Part shown: in pieces, positions 28,631 through 37,851 of the stretch | Layout: each line of letters begins with the position of its first letter | How positions within the stretch are numbered: position 1 is the stretch's first letter | Origin: an uncultured virus (IMG/VR IMGVR_UViG_3300032233_002452) | Lineage: Duplodnaviria > Heunggongvirae > Uroviricota > Caudoviricetes | Virus record (IMG/VR): IMGVR_UViG_3300032233_002452 | Direction: 5' to 3' (one strand) | DNA: 64,000 nucleotides | The notes under the pieces: model-generated | The model's input: the letters and a program-made list of their open reading frames with translations, nothing else | Database searches by the model: none | Told to the model about the DNA's origin: nothing | Translations under genes and position numbers: made by a program

Positions 28631-29035
28631 TTATCGAATCCGTTCTAGTAAAAATTTGATGTTAATTGGTTCTGTTCTGTTGATAATAAAAAATTCAAGT
28701 TCAACCTGATACGCATTATCGTCATACTTTGGTATTGTGGTAATTTTGGTTACCTTAGCTCTAGGTTCAAAGTTGGCAATCGTCTGTGAAATTTCTTGTT
28801 CAATCTTATTAGCGACAATAGAATCTATATTTTCAAACAACAAACGGCGAATATTTGAACCTAAATCCGGTTGAAATGGACGTTCATAATGATTCGTAAG
28901 AATCAAATTTTTGATTGCGTTTATGACTGCGATTGGACCAACATTTTTGTTGATATCCTTTCTAACCGGATGGATAGAAAAGTTTAAATCCAAGTCTCTA
29001 TAGTCTTTTGGTATTTGAGTGATTACAGTTGCCAT
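28631..29035 (-). CDS. gp25: Baseplate wedge subunit
   Basis: YRDLDL, AIKNLILT..YERPF.P.LGS, FEPR. Confidence 0.92.
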   Translation of the reverse strand: MATVITQIPKDYRDLDLNFSIHPVRKDINKNVGPIAVINAIKNLILTNHYERPFQPDLGSNIRRLLFENIDSIVANKIEQEISQTIANFEPRAKVTKITTIPKYDDNAYQVELEFFIINRTEPINIKFLLERIR

Positions 29036-29045
29036 CTTCTATTTA

Positions 29046-29888
29046 TTAAGCTAACCTAGACAATAGTTTGTCGGTACCAATATAATTATTAATTAGTGTA
29101 TTTTCGCTGCCACCCATACTACTAAACTGTTTTAAGGTTTGATAGTTTTCAACCATAGTTTTTGAATTGTTATAGTAGTTCACATCATGTTCACGGCGTA
29201 TTCTGAGTGTGTAGTTAATTGTTGCAATTTGTTGGTCAATTGTATGTACAGTACTGTATGACAGGTTTGAAGTGTGGGTCGTTACTTCATCCGGATGAAC
29301 TCCTGAAGTAACCGAAGTGAGACTATTCGCAATCTGATTATAATATGGTGTAATTGTTGTATTACTCGTTCCAAGTGTATCGACAATAAGAATACTGGTA
29401 AAATTTCCCATTATTGGAGAATTATTTCCAATATTGTCGGTTTTGTTGGTCAAATACATGATTGTTTTACCAATACCCATTGCTGTGTCGTAGTGTGGTA
29501 ACAACGCAGTTGCGGGAGTAATTGTTGTTACACCAGAGATTCTATTCGTGTGAGCAATGAATTGGTCAGCTTCTCCGCCAGTAGTGGATATAGAATTTGC
29601 ATTAACCGCAATATTAGCAAACAATGTGGTTGCACCACTATTCGCACCAACAATACCTGCTGGTAGTGAAAATATTTGAATGCATTTATTTTTAATTGCG
29701 GTAGCAGGAGTCGCAGTTGGATTTTTAAAATAACCACCCACACTACTATCTGCAATGTCTTGCGATTGCCATTCATTTAACAATGGAGGTACCGAATCTA
29801 AGAATTTCTTAGACTCTGTGGATAAAGGTGTTATTGCACCTTCAGGGTCATTAAAGTTATAACCTAATTTTTGAAAAATTTCTGCCAT
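29046..29888 (-). CDS. Hypothetical baseplate-region protein
   Basis: 280 aa ORF between gp5-C and gp25. Confidence 0.7.
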   Translation of the reverse strand: MAEIFQKLGYNFNDPEGAITPLSTESKKFLDSVPPLLNEWQSQDIADSSVGGYFKNPTATPATAIKNKCIQIFSLPAGIVGANSGATTLFANIAVNANSISTTGGEADQFIAHTNRISGVTTITPATALLPHYDTAMGIGKTIMYLTNKTDNIGNNSPIMGNFTSILIVDTLGTSNTTITPYYNQIANSLTSVTSGVHPDEVTTHTSNLSYSTVHTIDQQIATINYTLRIRREHDVNYYNNSKTMVENYQTLKQFSSMGGSENTLINNYIGTDKLLSRLA

Positions 29889-29889
29889 A

Positions 29890-30708
29890 TTAAATCATAC
29901 CAGGGAAAGGAGTGCTCGAAACACCATGTGGTGTAATATGCAAATGGAAATTATGCAATGTAGTATTGACAACATCGGTCATCAAAATTGCAGACATTAG
30001 ACCAAAATTACCCATCGGTGCATTCACAGAAACAACTGAGTTAATTGAACCTAATGTGTAGATAGATCCAGGTATAGCAACAGGAATACCTAAAGATAAT
30101 CCACCAAAGACTGAAACGAAACCTAAAGGTCCAGCGTTAACACCAGTACCAGCATCAATACGTGTTAATGAAGTAATCTTATCGGCAGTCAGTTCACCAG
30201 CAATCGTTAAGTCTGAATCCAAATATAAGTGGTCACCAGTTGACACACGTAAAGAACCGGCAAAACCTGGATTAGAACCAATGGTCATGTCATTTTCAGA
30301 CAAGATTTTAGCTTCACCTTTTACTACTTGTGTGAAGTCACCACGAATCTCTTGTTCATAATTACCATCAATACGTTCATACTTGTTACCTTTAACGTGC
30401 ATGACAGCATCACCTTCAACGGTGATATTACATACACCTTTGATTAGTACATTCTTGTTTTTGATATTAATTTCATAACCATCACCAAAAACTTTATGCA
30501 CCTCTGTACCATCAGAATGCACTTCAGTAAAAGTACCAGAACGGTGTTGCAAACGAATACGTTCACGACCTGGTGTATCATCCATTTCAAATGAATGACC
30601 AGATTCAGTTTGTGTTATGTTATTGTATGGATAAACCGGTGGACTATCAACGTTTGCTTGCGATTCCGGTTCAGTCCAACTGTTGTCAAAACTTGGCTTT
30701 GTTGTCAT
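29890..30708 (-). CDS. gp5: Central spike gp5, C-terminal beta-helix portion
   Basis: YPYN...ESGHSFEMDDTPGRERIRLQHRSGTF, V.G repeats, terminal HxH. Confidence 0.8.
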   Translation of the reverse strand: MTTKPSFDNSWTEPESQANVDSPPVYPYNNITQTESGHSFEMDDTPGRERIRLQHRSGTFTEVHSDGTEVHKVFGDGYEINIKNKNVLIKGVCNITVEGDAVMHVKGNKYERIDGNYEQEIRGDFTQVVKGEAKILSENDMTIGSNPGFAGSLRVSTGDHLYLDSDLTIAGELTADKITSLTRIDAGTGVNAGPLGFVSVFGGLSLGIPVAIPGSIYTLGSINSVVSVNAPMGNFGLMSAILMTDVVNTTLHNFHLHITPHGVSSTPFPGMI

Positions 30709-30714
30709 ATTATA

Positions 30715-31821
30715 TTAAGGTGAACTTGCAGTTGAGGAAGTATAACCATATGTATTAGCTGCCTCGGACGATGATGTTGAATTTGTTGCAATGTAACTTG
30801 TAAGTGTATTACCTACAGCCTGCACATCAGCAGCACTTGCAGGTGTGGCAAGAATACCAATAATGGCCGCAGGCACAGCAGCAATAGTTGCTGAGTTACT
30901 AATAATTTGTTTAGCTTCATTAGTTGCAAGTTCTATTTCTTTAATTAGTGCTGATACATCTGTTTCTGAACCTGAGCCCAATGCAAACAAGTCTTTAAAT
31001 CCATTGGCCAATGCGCTTAAAAATTCAGCCAAACACTCTCTAAACATTGCCAATAATTTAGCAGGTAAACCTAAAATGTAATCAATCATTGCACGGACTT
31101 TTCTGGCAAAATCAATAAGAACCCTAGACAAATCTAAGATTTCTTTCAGAATCTTATTAATATTTTTCAACTCACGAACAATGGCCTTTGCAAGTGATAC
31201 AAGTTTTGAAATTTCACCACTAGGTTCTAAACCTAAAGCGGCAAGCAATGCTCGAAGTTGTTTACGTACAGCTTGAAGAAAAGAGCTAAATTTGGCACGA
31301 GCAAGCGCAGAGTTTTTTTGCAATTCGGTAGTAATATCACAAACGTGGACTCGTTTGTTATTTGTGATATGAATCATTGACTTACTGACTTCACCACGAG
31401 CCAACGGAGAATTTGTAGGTTGTCCTACAACACGGTCTTGTGTACCAGCAGGAATCTGAGGACCAGCAGCCTTTTGTGCGACAGTACGTGGGTCATTGAA
31501 ACCTTTTGATGGGTCATTGTTATACATCTGAATGCCAGGGAAAACACCCATAACAACAGGTTTATTAGCCAACTCACCATCCATAAAATAACCCATAACC
31601 CACTCACCTTCACGTGGAACGGAATATGAATTGGGAGAGTTTACTGATTGTAATGTTTGTGCCCATGGCAAATCTTTAGTTGGTAACAAAGATTTCTCTT
31701 CCGGATGCCAACCAATAATACGTACACGACAATGGCCTAGTTTCAATGGGTCGTTACGGTCTTCAACGACACCGACCCACCAAACGAAACCGTTTAATCC
31801 CGCAAAATCTTTTCTAATCAT
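30715..31821 (-). CDS. gp5: Central spike gp5, N-terminal OB-fold portion with helical extension
   Basis: WWVGVVEDRNDPLKLG.CRVR..GWH, LPWA, GEWVMGYFMDG. Confidence 0.85.
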   Translation of the reverse strand: MIRKDFAGLNGFVWWVGVVEDRNDPLKLGHCRVRIIGWHPEEKSLLPTKDLPWAQTLQSVNSPNSYSVPREGEWVMGYFMDGELANKPVVMGVFPGIQMYNNDPSKGFNDPRTVAQKAAGPQIPAGTQDRVVGQPTNSPLARGEVSKSMIHITNNKRVHVCDITTELQKNSALARAKFSSFLQAVRKQLRALLAALGLEPSGEISKLVSLAKAIVRELKNINKILKEILDLSRVLIDFARKVRAMIDYILGLPAKLLAMFRECLAEFLSALANGFKDLFALGSGSETDVSALIKEIELATNEAKQIISNSATIAAVPAAIIGILATPASAADVQAVGNTLTSYIATNSTSSSEAANTYGYTSSTASSP

Positions 31822-33146
31822 TAGTAATCACCCGCTTGTTTTAACGACAAATTTGAACCTAGTGTCAAAGGTTTATTAGTAGAATCTGATGCAACTTCAA
31901 CAAGAGTTTCGTGACGATTGTACTTAATGATGTGACGGCAACCAATAACCAGATACTTACCGTTCAACGCTTCATCAGTATTATCACCTGAGTCACCCTG
32001 TATCGATTTCATTGGCATATCTAAGTGCAAGTTTAAACCGGATGATATCGCAAAGTTTCCTGGTAAAACCATCTTAACACGTTTTTGCATCAAGTTTTCA
32101 AAGATTGCTCTGCGTTGAAAAATGTAGTTTTGAGAATCATCTTCAAATGTTAATGATGATGCGTTTTTATCTTTAATATATGAACTCTTCAATCTGCTGC
32201 CAGGAAAAGCAAACAATGATTTGCGTGATTGGTTCATGCTTGAATTTAACTTGTTGTCTTTATTAACTGCCAAGTTAATGTTTGGGTTTGCATTGCCGTG
32301 TCTCATCTTTTGATAAATGTCAGCAATGTTAATATTTTTATGTTCAATCGTTCTTGTTAATGTATCAAAACCAATGAATGACCCGGAATAAGCACCTGAA
32401 CGTGTACTTGAAATTGAATCATACTGTGATACAACTTTAACATAACGGGCACCTAACATTTCTGTATATTCAGTCTCGGCCAAGTTTTTAGGATTAAAAT
32501 TTACCTTGAACAATTCGGGTCTACTGAACAATGATGATAATGTTGCAAAGTTATAACCTTGAGAATTTTGAAAGAAAATGAAGTTAGGTGAACTCTGTAA
32601 ATCTACTGCCTTTTTGGCCAGCCAACGCAAGGCATCAAATGGTGTCATGTTTGGTACAGCAATACTTCTTAATCCTAATGACTGTTCAATCAAACCAATT
32701 GAATTTGGTTTTGAAGACAAATCCAAGTAGTCAGTTAAAATTTTGTAGGCAATATTTGAATAAGTATCGGTATATGATTGATTAATCTTTTGTTGTTCAG
32801 AATAAATGAATTCGTCTGAAACAAAATTCAACACATACATTTCACTACTTTGATTCTGACCTTTGCGTTCAGATTGTTTGTAGATTCTGAATGCTCGTTT
32901 AATTGATAACTCATCATCTTCTTTACCAATGTTTATCAGTAAGAATTCACTACCATCAAACAACAAATTGGTTGATAGTCCGACAGCATCACGTATGACA
33001 ATACTACCCGACATACAAGGTGTCAGTATACTATCGTAAATATTAATCTCTTCATAGATACCAGAAACGTCAATGTTACCTTGCTTGGTAACAATCGTCA
33101 GCTCATTGATACTGAAGTCGGTTGTTTGATTTATGTCAAAACTCAT
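31821..33146 (-). CDS. Baseplate hub protein (gp27-like position)
   Basis: INIYDSIL.PCMSG.I.I.D, GKYLV...HII; between gp53 and gp5. Confidence 0.65.
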   Translation of the reverse strand: MSFDINQTTDFSINELTIVTKQGNIDVSGIYEEINIYDSILTPCMSGSIVIRDAVGLSTNLLFDGSEFLLINIGKEDDELSIKRAFRIYKQSERKGQNQSSEMYVLNFVSDEFIYSEQQKINQSYTDTYSNIAYKILTDYLDLSSKPNSIGLIEQSLGLRSIAVPNMTPFDALRWLAKKAVDLQSSPNFIFFQNSQGYNFATLSSLFSRPELFKVNFNPKNLAETEYTEMLGARYVKVVSQYDSISSTRSGAYSGSFIGFDTLTRTIEHKNINIADIYQKMRHGNANPNINLAVNKDNKLNSSMNQSRKSLFAFPGSRLKSSYIKDKNASSLTFEDDSQNYIFQRRAIFENLMQKRVKMVLPGNFAISSGLNLHLDMPMKSIQGDSGDNTDEALNGKYLVIGCRHIIKYNRHETLVEVASDSTNKPLTLGSNLSLKQAGDY

Positions 33147-33784
33147 TACAATGCCATCACTCGTCTAAACTCTTTTTCCAACTCAGAAACAAATTCAGGT
33201 TTTAACAATTTAATTTTACGCTTACTTTCGTTCAACTCTTCTTCATACTCAAAATGTGTTCTTGTTGACTTGGTCACGGCAAAATTAATTTGTTGCCCAT
33301 TTTTTAAAGTATAATCGTTTGTTGTAACGGCCAAATTTGTATGTGCATTTGCATCAATACTAAATTTTTCAACATTCTTTACACCAGTATTACTTATCGT
33401 CTGCGTTTCAACCTTATAGTAATCTTTGACATTATTTCTTGCCCATAAAAGACCGGTTTGTCCTGCAGCTGCATTAGGTTTATACTTATCCTCAACATAT
33501 GAAACAAAGGTTGCATAGTCTAAAGGGAAGTCAAAGCGAGCATCAAAAATGTCATTCATTGACATAACAATCCAATGTTTTTCAGCAGACTTGTAAAACT
33601 TATGTGCAATAATTTCTGGTGTATCACCATCACGCAATTCATACTCATAATACACAGAAGTATTATTTTTAAAATCATCCGATAGGTTAAAACGTGCAAT
33701 GATGTTGGAAACGTAATCTACATCTTTTTGATTTTCATCTAATGAATAAAATGCTTTTGGAAAGTATTCGAAATATTTTGCCAT
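33146..33784 (-). CDS. gp53: Baseplate wedge subunit
   Basis: YFEYFP, GDTPEIIAHKFY...HWIV..N, EYEEELNESKRKIKLL. Confidence 0.88.
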   Translation of the reverse strand: MAKYFEYFPKAFYSLDENQKDVDYVSNIIARFNLSDDFKNNTSVYYEYELRDGDTPEIIAHKFYKSAEKHWIVMSMNDIFDARFDFPLDYATFVSYVEDKYKPNAAAGQTGLLWARNNVKDYYKVETQTISNTGVKNVEKFSIDANAHTNLAVTTNDYTLKNGQQINFAVTKSTRTHFEYEEELNESKRKIKLLKPEFVSELEKEFRRVMAL

Positions 33785-34977
33785 TAGTAAACACCTCCTT
33801 CACTAGTTCCTCTTGAAGAGAAATTGGACTTGGTAAGAATTTCTGTTTCTTTGAATTGTAGTGACAAGCGAATACCAACTGGCATACCAGTTCCACCTAG
33901 ACTTGGTTTGCCGTCACCAAAAACTTCATATGCTGCAAAACCGTTAGGTGCATAATCAACGTTAATATCTGTCAATACACATGTTGATACTTTAGGAATA
34001 TTCATGTTTTCTTTGCCATTGTACATGAACTTGATATCAAACTCTGAAGGTGGTACTAAAAAGTAACCACTACTTCCTTTTACATATTCTGGTGCTTGAT
34101 GAAATTTCAAACGACCAATAATCTTTTGTACCTCGGCTGCTTCCTTTTCGGAACGTGGGTACATCATAAATTCAAATCTAAATGACCTGAATGATGGTGA
34201 AGAATACAACAACTCTAACATTGGGTTAACTACAGCACCTTGTGTTGCAAAGATTGCTTTACCAATATTCGATTGATTCAGGATGTAACCTGCAACAAAT
34301 GGAGTCAAGTTACCAACTGCTTTACCAATTTGTTCAGCTGATGCGCCACTTTTTAAAGCATCAGCAAGAGATGAACCAGCTGCAGCAGCTGCCGCAAGTG
34401 GTGAGTCACCTAAACTCACATCAGAATAACTTTGATTGTAATCAAATGCCATTGTATCTGGCATATACAGAGCAATAGTATCGGTTGTACGTTTGATTGT
34501 TCGTACAAAGTTTTCATTGGTCAAGTTGTTATAATATGCTGATGTTGTATCTAAAACACCTTTTGTAGTGTTAGCGGCTAAGTTAACCAATGGATTATCA
34601 GATGATGTTGCATCACCAAACAACTTAGAAATACCATCAGTAAGTGATGATATACCAGGAATGTTATTCAATGCGCCTTGAATCGCTGAACCTGTATTTT
34701 TAATATTGCCGGCCAAGTTCACACTACCATATTGACCCGCCAAAGCTTTACGATTGGCAGTAATAGTAGGTACATCAGTTGTTCTGCTTCCCTTAAATGA
34801 TGTTTTGGCTTGTTCATTAACGTGAACCAGTAAGTAGTGGCCACGGTCATAGGTCGTACCCAAGTCTTCCGGATATCGAAATACGTTGTAGTCGAATTTA
34901 GAGTCCACCAAATCGTTTAGTGGTCCTCTAGACCCTTCTTTATTGAAGGTTATATCTGTAAGAGAAAATAGCGCCAT
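33784..34977 (-). CDS. gp48: Baseplate tail tube cap
   Basis: IALYMP, VNPMLELLY..P.FR.F.F.F.MYPRS..EA, CVLTDINVDYAP, LQFKETEILT. Confidence 0.8.
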   Translation of the reverse strand: MALFSLTDITFNKEGSRGPLNDLVDSKFDYNVFRYPEDLGTTYDRGHYLLVHVNEQAKTSFKGSRTTDVPTITANRKALAGQYGSVNLAGNIKNTGSAIQGALNNIPGISSLTDGISKLFGDATSSDNPLVNLAANTTKGVLDTTSAYYNNLTNENFVRTIKRTTDTIALYMPDTMAFDYNQSYSDVSLGDSPLAAAAAAGSSLADALKSGASAEQIGKAVGNLTPFVAGYILNQSNIGKAIFATQGAVVNPMLELLYSSPSFRSFRFEFMMYPRSEKEAAEVQKIIGRLKFHQAPEYVKGSSGYFLVPPSEFDIKFMYNGKENMNIPKVSTCVLTDINVDYAPNGFAAYEVFGDGKPSLGGTGMPVGIRLSLQFKETEILTKSNFSSRGTSEGGVY

Positions 34978-35000
34978 TTTAGTCCTGTGAGTTGACTACA

Positions 35001-35008
35001 TATTTATA
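35001..35008 (-). promoter_or_regulatory. T4-type late promoter TATAAATA
   Basis: Exact consensus upstream of gp48, abutting the divergent gp4 start. Confidence 0.75.
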
Positions 35009-35454
35009 TGACTTTCGGTAACAAATCATATAAAGGATTCTTCAAGCCTAAGAATCCGGCAAAGTATAAAGGTGACCCATCCAATGTGGTTTATCGTTCA
35101 TCATGGGAACTTCGTGTGATGAAGTGGTTTGACGACCACCCAAATGTAATATGGTGGTGTTCAGAAGAACTTCACGTTAAGTATTTTTCTCCAGTAGATG
35201 AGAAATGGCATCGTTATTTTCCCGATTTTGTTGTAAAAATGAGGAGAAAAGATGGTACCGTTATGACCTATGTATTAGAGGTCAAACCTGAGTTTCAAAC
35301 GAAAAAACCGGTTCAAAAAAGAAAAACTAAAAGGTTTATCCAAGAATCAATGACTTATATTGTCAATCAATGTAAGTGGAAAGCAGCCGATGAGTTCTGT
35401 CAGGAACACGGATGGCAGTTTAAGGTGGTTACTGAAAAGGACCTAGGTATCTAA
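35008..35454 (+). CDS. gp4: Head completion protein (nuclease fold)
   Basis: YKG.FKPKNP.KYKGD..N.VYRSSWE, HRYFPDF, EVKP, KWKAA. Confidence 0.92.
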   Translation: MTFGNKSYKGFFKPKNPAKYKGDPSNVVYRSSWELRVMKWFDDHPNVIWWCSEELHVKYFSPVDEKWHRYFPDFVVKMRRKDGTVMTYVLEVKPEFQTKKPVQKRKTKRFIQESMTYIVNQCKWKAADEFCQEHGWQFKVVTEKDLGI

Positions 35455-35537
35455 TGAAAACGGAACACCAATACTTATGCAGTATATCAGTAAAAATAAG
35501 GCAAAGGTATAGGTAAACAATTGAACATAAATAGAGA

Positions 35538-36116
35538 ATGGCATATCTTTTAGACAGAATACAACAACAGTTGATGAAAACTGGTTACGAACCTCGTTCA
35601 AAGCAGGCTCGTGATTGGTTACGTGGTAAGGTCAAGGACTTAAAACCTACCAGACAAACAATGATGCAAGACCGTGATAGATTGACAAATTCTGCTTTCA
35701 TTGGTCATATGTACTTCTATTCCTACGACCCAAAAACAAAAGACAGTTTGCCGTATTATGACCGATTCCCTCTGGTGATACCCATTGAACAATATAAAGA
35801 TGGTTTTCTCGGCATCAATCTACACTATATTCACCCAAAACAACGCATACTGCTTCTCGACCAATTAAGTGAGTATGCCACAAATAAGAACTTCGACATA
35901 CGTACCCGGTTACGTTTAAGTTACGATTTGTTGCGTAGAGCATCTAAGGCTTATCAAGCAACTCCTTGTATTAAACGGTATCTGTTTTCGCACGTCCAAT
36001 CACGCTTCGTAGAAATCTTTGCGGATGAATGGGACATTGCTGCACTATTGCCTGCCGAAAACTTCGTTGGTGCCTCTACAAGCAAGGTATGGTCAGATTC
36101 TAGGAAAAAATTCTAA
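35538..36116 (+). CDS. gp2: DNA end protector protein
   Basis: YDPKTKDSLPYYDRFPL, GFLGINLHY, CIKRYL..HV.S. Confidence 0.92.
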   Translation: MAYLLDRIQQQLMKTGYEPRSKQARDWLRGKVKDLKPTRQTMMQDRDRLTNSAFIGHMYFYSYDPKTKDSLPYYDRFPLVIPIEQYKDGFLGINLHYIHPKQRILLLDQLSEYATNKNFDIRTRLRLSYDLLRRASKAYQATPCIKRYLFSHVQSRFVEIFADEWDIAALLPAENFVGASTSKVWSDSRKKF

Positions 36117-36901
36117 TGTCATTTTCACCTCAATTATTCTTATCCAACGTTAAGGCAAAAGACGGTCTTGCCCGTCCAAATCGATTTGAGACAATCGTGC
36201 CCATTCCAAAATATGTTGGCGATTTTGTTGGTAACTCAATACTTGAACAGATTGCAAACTTACCAAACGTATTGTTTACCGATGTTCAGAGTGGTATCAA
36301 TAACTTACTTGGTAACAAAAAAGGTGACCCACAATCTATGTCTGCTAATCCAACAATGTCACGATACTTGACATTGCAATGTGAAACTGCGGAGATTCCG
36401 GGTAGGACTTTACTTACAGCAGATGCTAAGGTTTACGGACCAACTTATAAAGTACCATATCAGACACAATACAATGATATGAGTATGACATTCTTATGTA
36501 CCAACGAATTCTATGAACGTAAACTGTTTGAGCGTTGGATGGAAGCAATTATGCCTTTAGACTCCAGCAACCTTAGATTCCCTAAAGGTGAGAATAGTCG
36601 TTATCTAACAAACATTCAAATTATTCAGTATGATGATTTTATTAAGAAGATTCATATTGTGGAATTGAAAGATGCTTTTCCTACCGGTATTGCACCACAA
36701 CAGTTGAGCTGGGCCGATGATGGTTTTCACAGGTTGAATGTTCAGTTTGCTTATCATAAATACGAAACACTATACTCAGGTCAATACGATTTGGGTCAGG
36801 CTGCGGCCGCACTATTTGGTACACGTGCTGCTGCATGGTTTGATAAAACAACCACAGAACTTGGTACCGGTGTGACGAACACACTATTGAAAGTTTTTTA
36901 A
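36116..36901 (+). CDS. Tail tube initiator / gp19-gp54-like protein
   Basis: GLARPNRF, CETAEIPG, ERKLFERW, AFP..I....LSW, LNVQFAY. Confidence 0.75.
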   Translation: MSFSPQLFLSNVKAKDGLARPNRFETIVPIPKYVGDFVGNSILEQIANLPNVLFTDVQSGINNLLGNKKGDPQSMSANPTMSRYLTLQCETAEIPGRTLLTADAKVYGPTYKVPYQTQYNDMSMTFLCTNEFYERKLFERWMEAIMPLDSSNLRFPKGENSRYLTNIQIIQYDDFIKKIHIVELKDAFPTGIAPQQLSWADDGFHRLNVQFAYHKYETLYSGQYDLGQAAAALFGTRAAAWFDKTTTELGTGVTNTLLKVF

Positions 36902-36920
36902 TTTATGGAGATGAGTTATT

Positions 36921-37661
36921 ATGTTACCTAAACTTGATGTGCCGATGTTTGAATTGGTTCTTCCATTAACAAAGAAAAAGGTCAAGTTTCGACCGTTCTT
37001 AGTTAAAGAGGAAAAGATTCTATTGATGGCGATGGAATCAGAAGATGATAATGCAACATCATTAGCTATTAAACAGATTGTTAATAACTGTTTAATTAGT
37101 GATAATGTTGATATTGAAAGTATGCCTGTTTTGGATTTAGAATATTTGTTCTTAAATTTACGAGCAAGGTCTATTGGTGAAGTTGTTGAACTGCAATACA
37201 AGTGCAACAACAAAGTCAAAGATGATAAAGGTGAAGAACAAGAATGCGGCGCAGTTATTAAATTGCCTGTAAATCTTTTGGAAATTGAACCTGTCATTCC
37301 AGAGACACACAAAAATAAAATTGAATTCTCACCAACAATGGGTATGCTTATGCGTTATCCATCATTCAAGTCTATAGAAAATGAAAGCAATTCTGATACG
37401 ACAGAAGTTGAACGTGTGATGAATATTTTGGTAAACTGTGTCGAATCTATTTACGATGCAGATAACATTTTCTATGCGAAAGATATTCCACAAGAAGAAC
37501 TTGTAGAATTTATTGAAAATTTAACCCGTGAACAATTTGTAAAAGTGCAAGAGTTCTTTGACACTATGCCAAAGATTAGTAAGAAATTAAATTTTGGTTG
37601 CAAAAAATGCGGTTACAAAGAAGACATTACTGTTGAGGGTCTTCAAAATTTTTTCGTATAA
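36921..37661 (+). CDS. gp26: Baseplate hub assembly protein
   Basis: LPKLDVP, RPFLVKEEKILL, DLEYLFLNLRARSIGE, EGLQNFF. Confidence 0.9.
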   Translation: MLPKLDVPMFELVLPLTKKKVKFRPFLVKEEKILLMAMESEDDNATSLAIKQIVNNCLISDNVDIESMPVLDLEYLFLNLRARSIGEVVELQYKCNNKVKDDKGEEQECGAVIKLPVNLLEIEPVIPETHKNKIEFSPTMGMLMRYPSFKSIENESNSDTTEVERVMNILVNCVESIYDADNIFYAKDIPQEELVEFIENLTREQFVKVQEFFDTMPKISKKLNFGCKKCGYKEDITVEGLQNFFV

Positions 37662-37711
37662 CTTTTCGTCATGATAACCTGAAGAACCATTTTGAGACAA
37701 ATTTTGCGTTA

Positions 37712-37849
37712 ATGCAACACCACAAATACTCGTTAAGTGACTTAGAAACTATGATACCTTGGGAACGAAGCATCTATGTTTCAATGCTTGTACAGTATAT
37801 TGAGGAAGAAAACGAAAAAATTAAACAACAGAAGTTAACTAAGAGATAA
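37712..37849 (+). CDS. gp51: Baseplate hub assembly catalyst (45 aa from first ATG; frame open from 37637)
   Basis: Hand-translated (NFAL)MQHHKYSLSDLETMIPWER; not in ORF track. Confidence 0.8.
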   Translation: MQHHKYSLSDLETMIPWERSIYVSMLVQYIEEENEKIKQQKLTKR

Positions 37850-37851
37850 AG

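Noticed and set aside
221..34478. Numerous plus-strand ORFs in the track (e.g. 221-691, 16923-17264, 18810-19151)
   Set aside because: Antisense shadows of long minus-strand genes, mostly non-ATG starts without SD or motifs
35008..35454. TnsA-like transposase or homing endonuclease
   Set aside because: Motifs and position match T4 gp4 head completion protein
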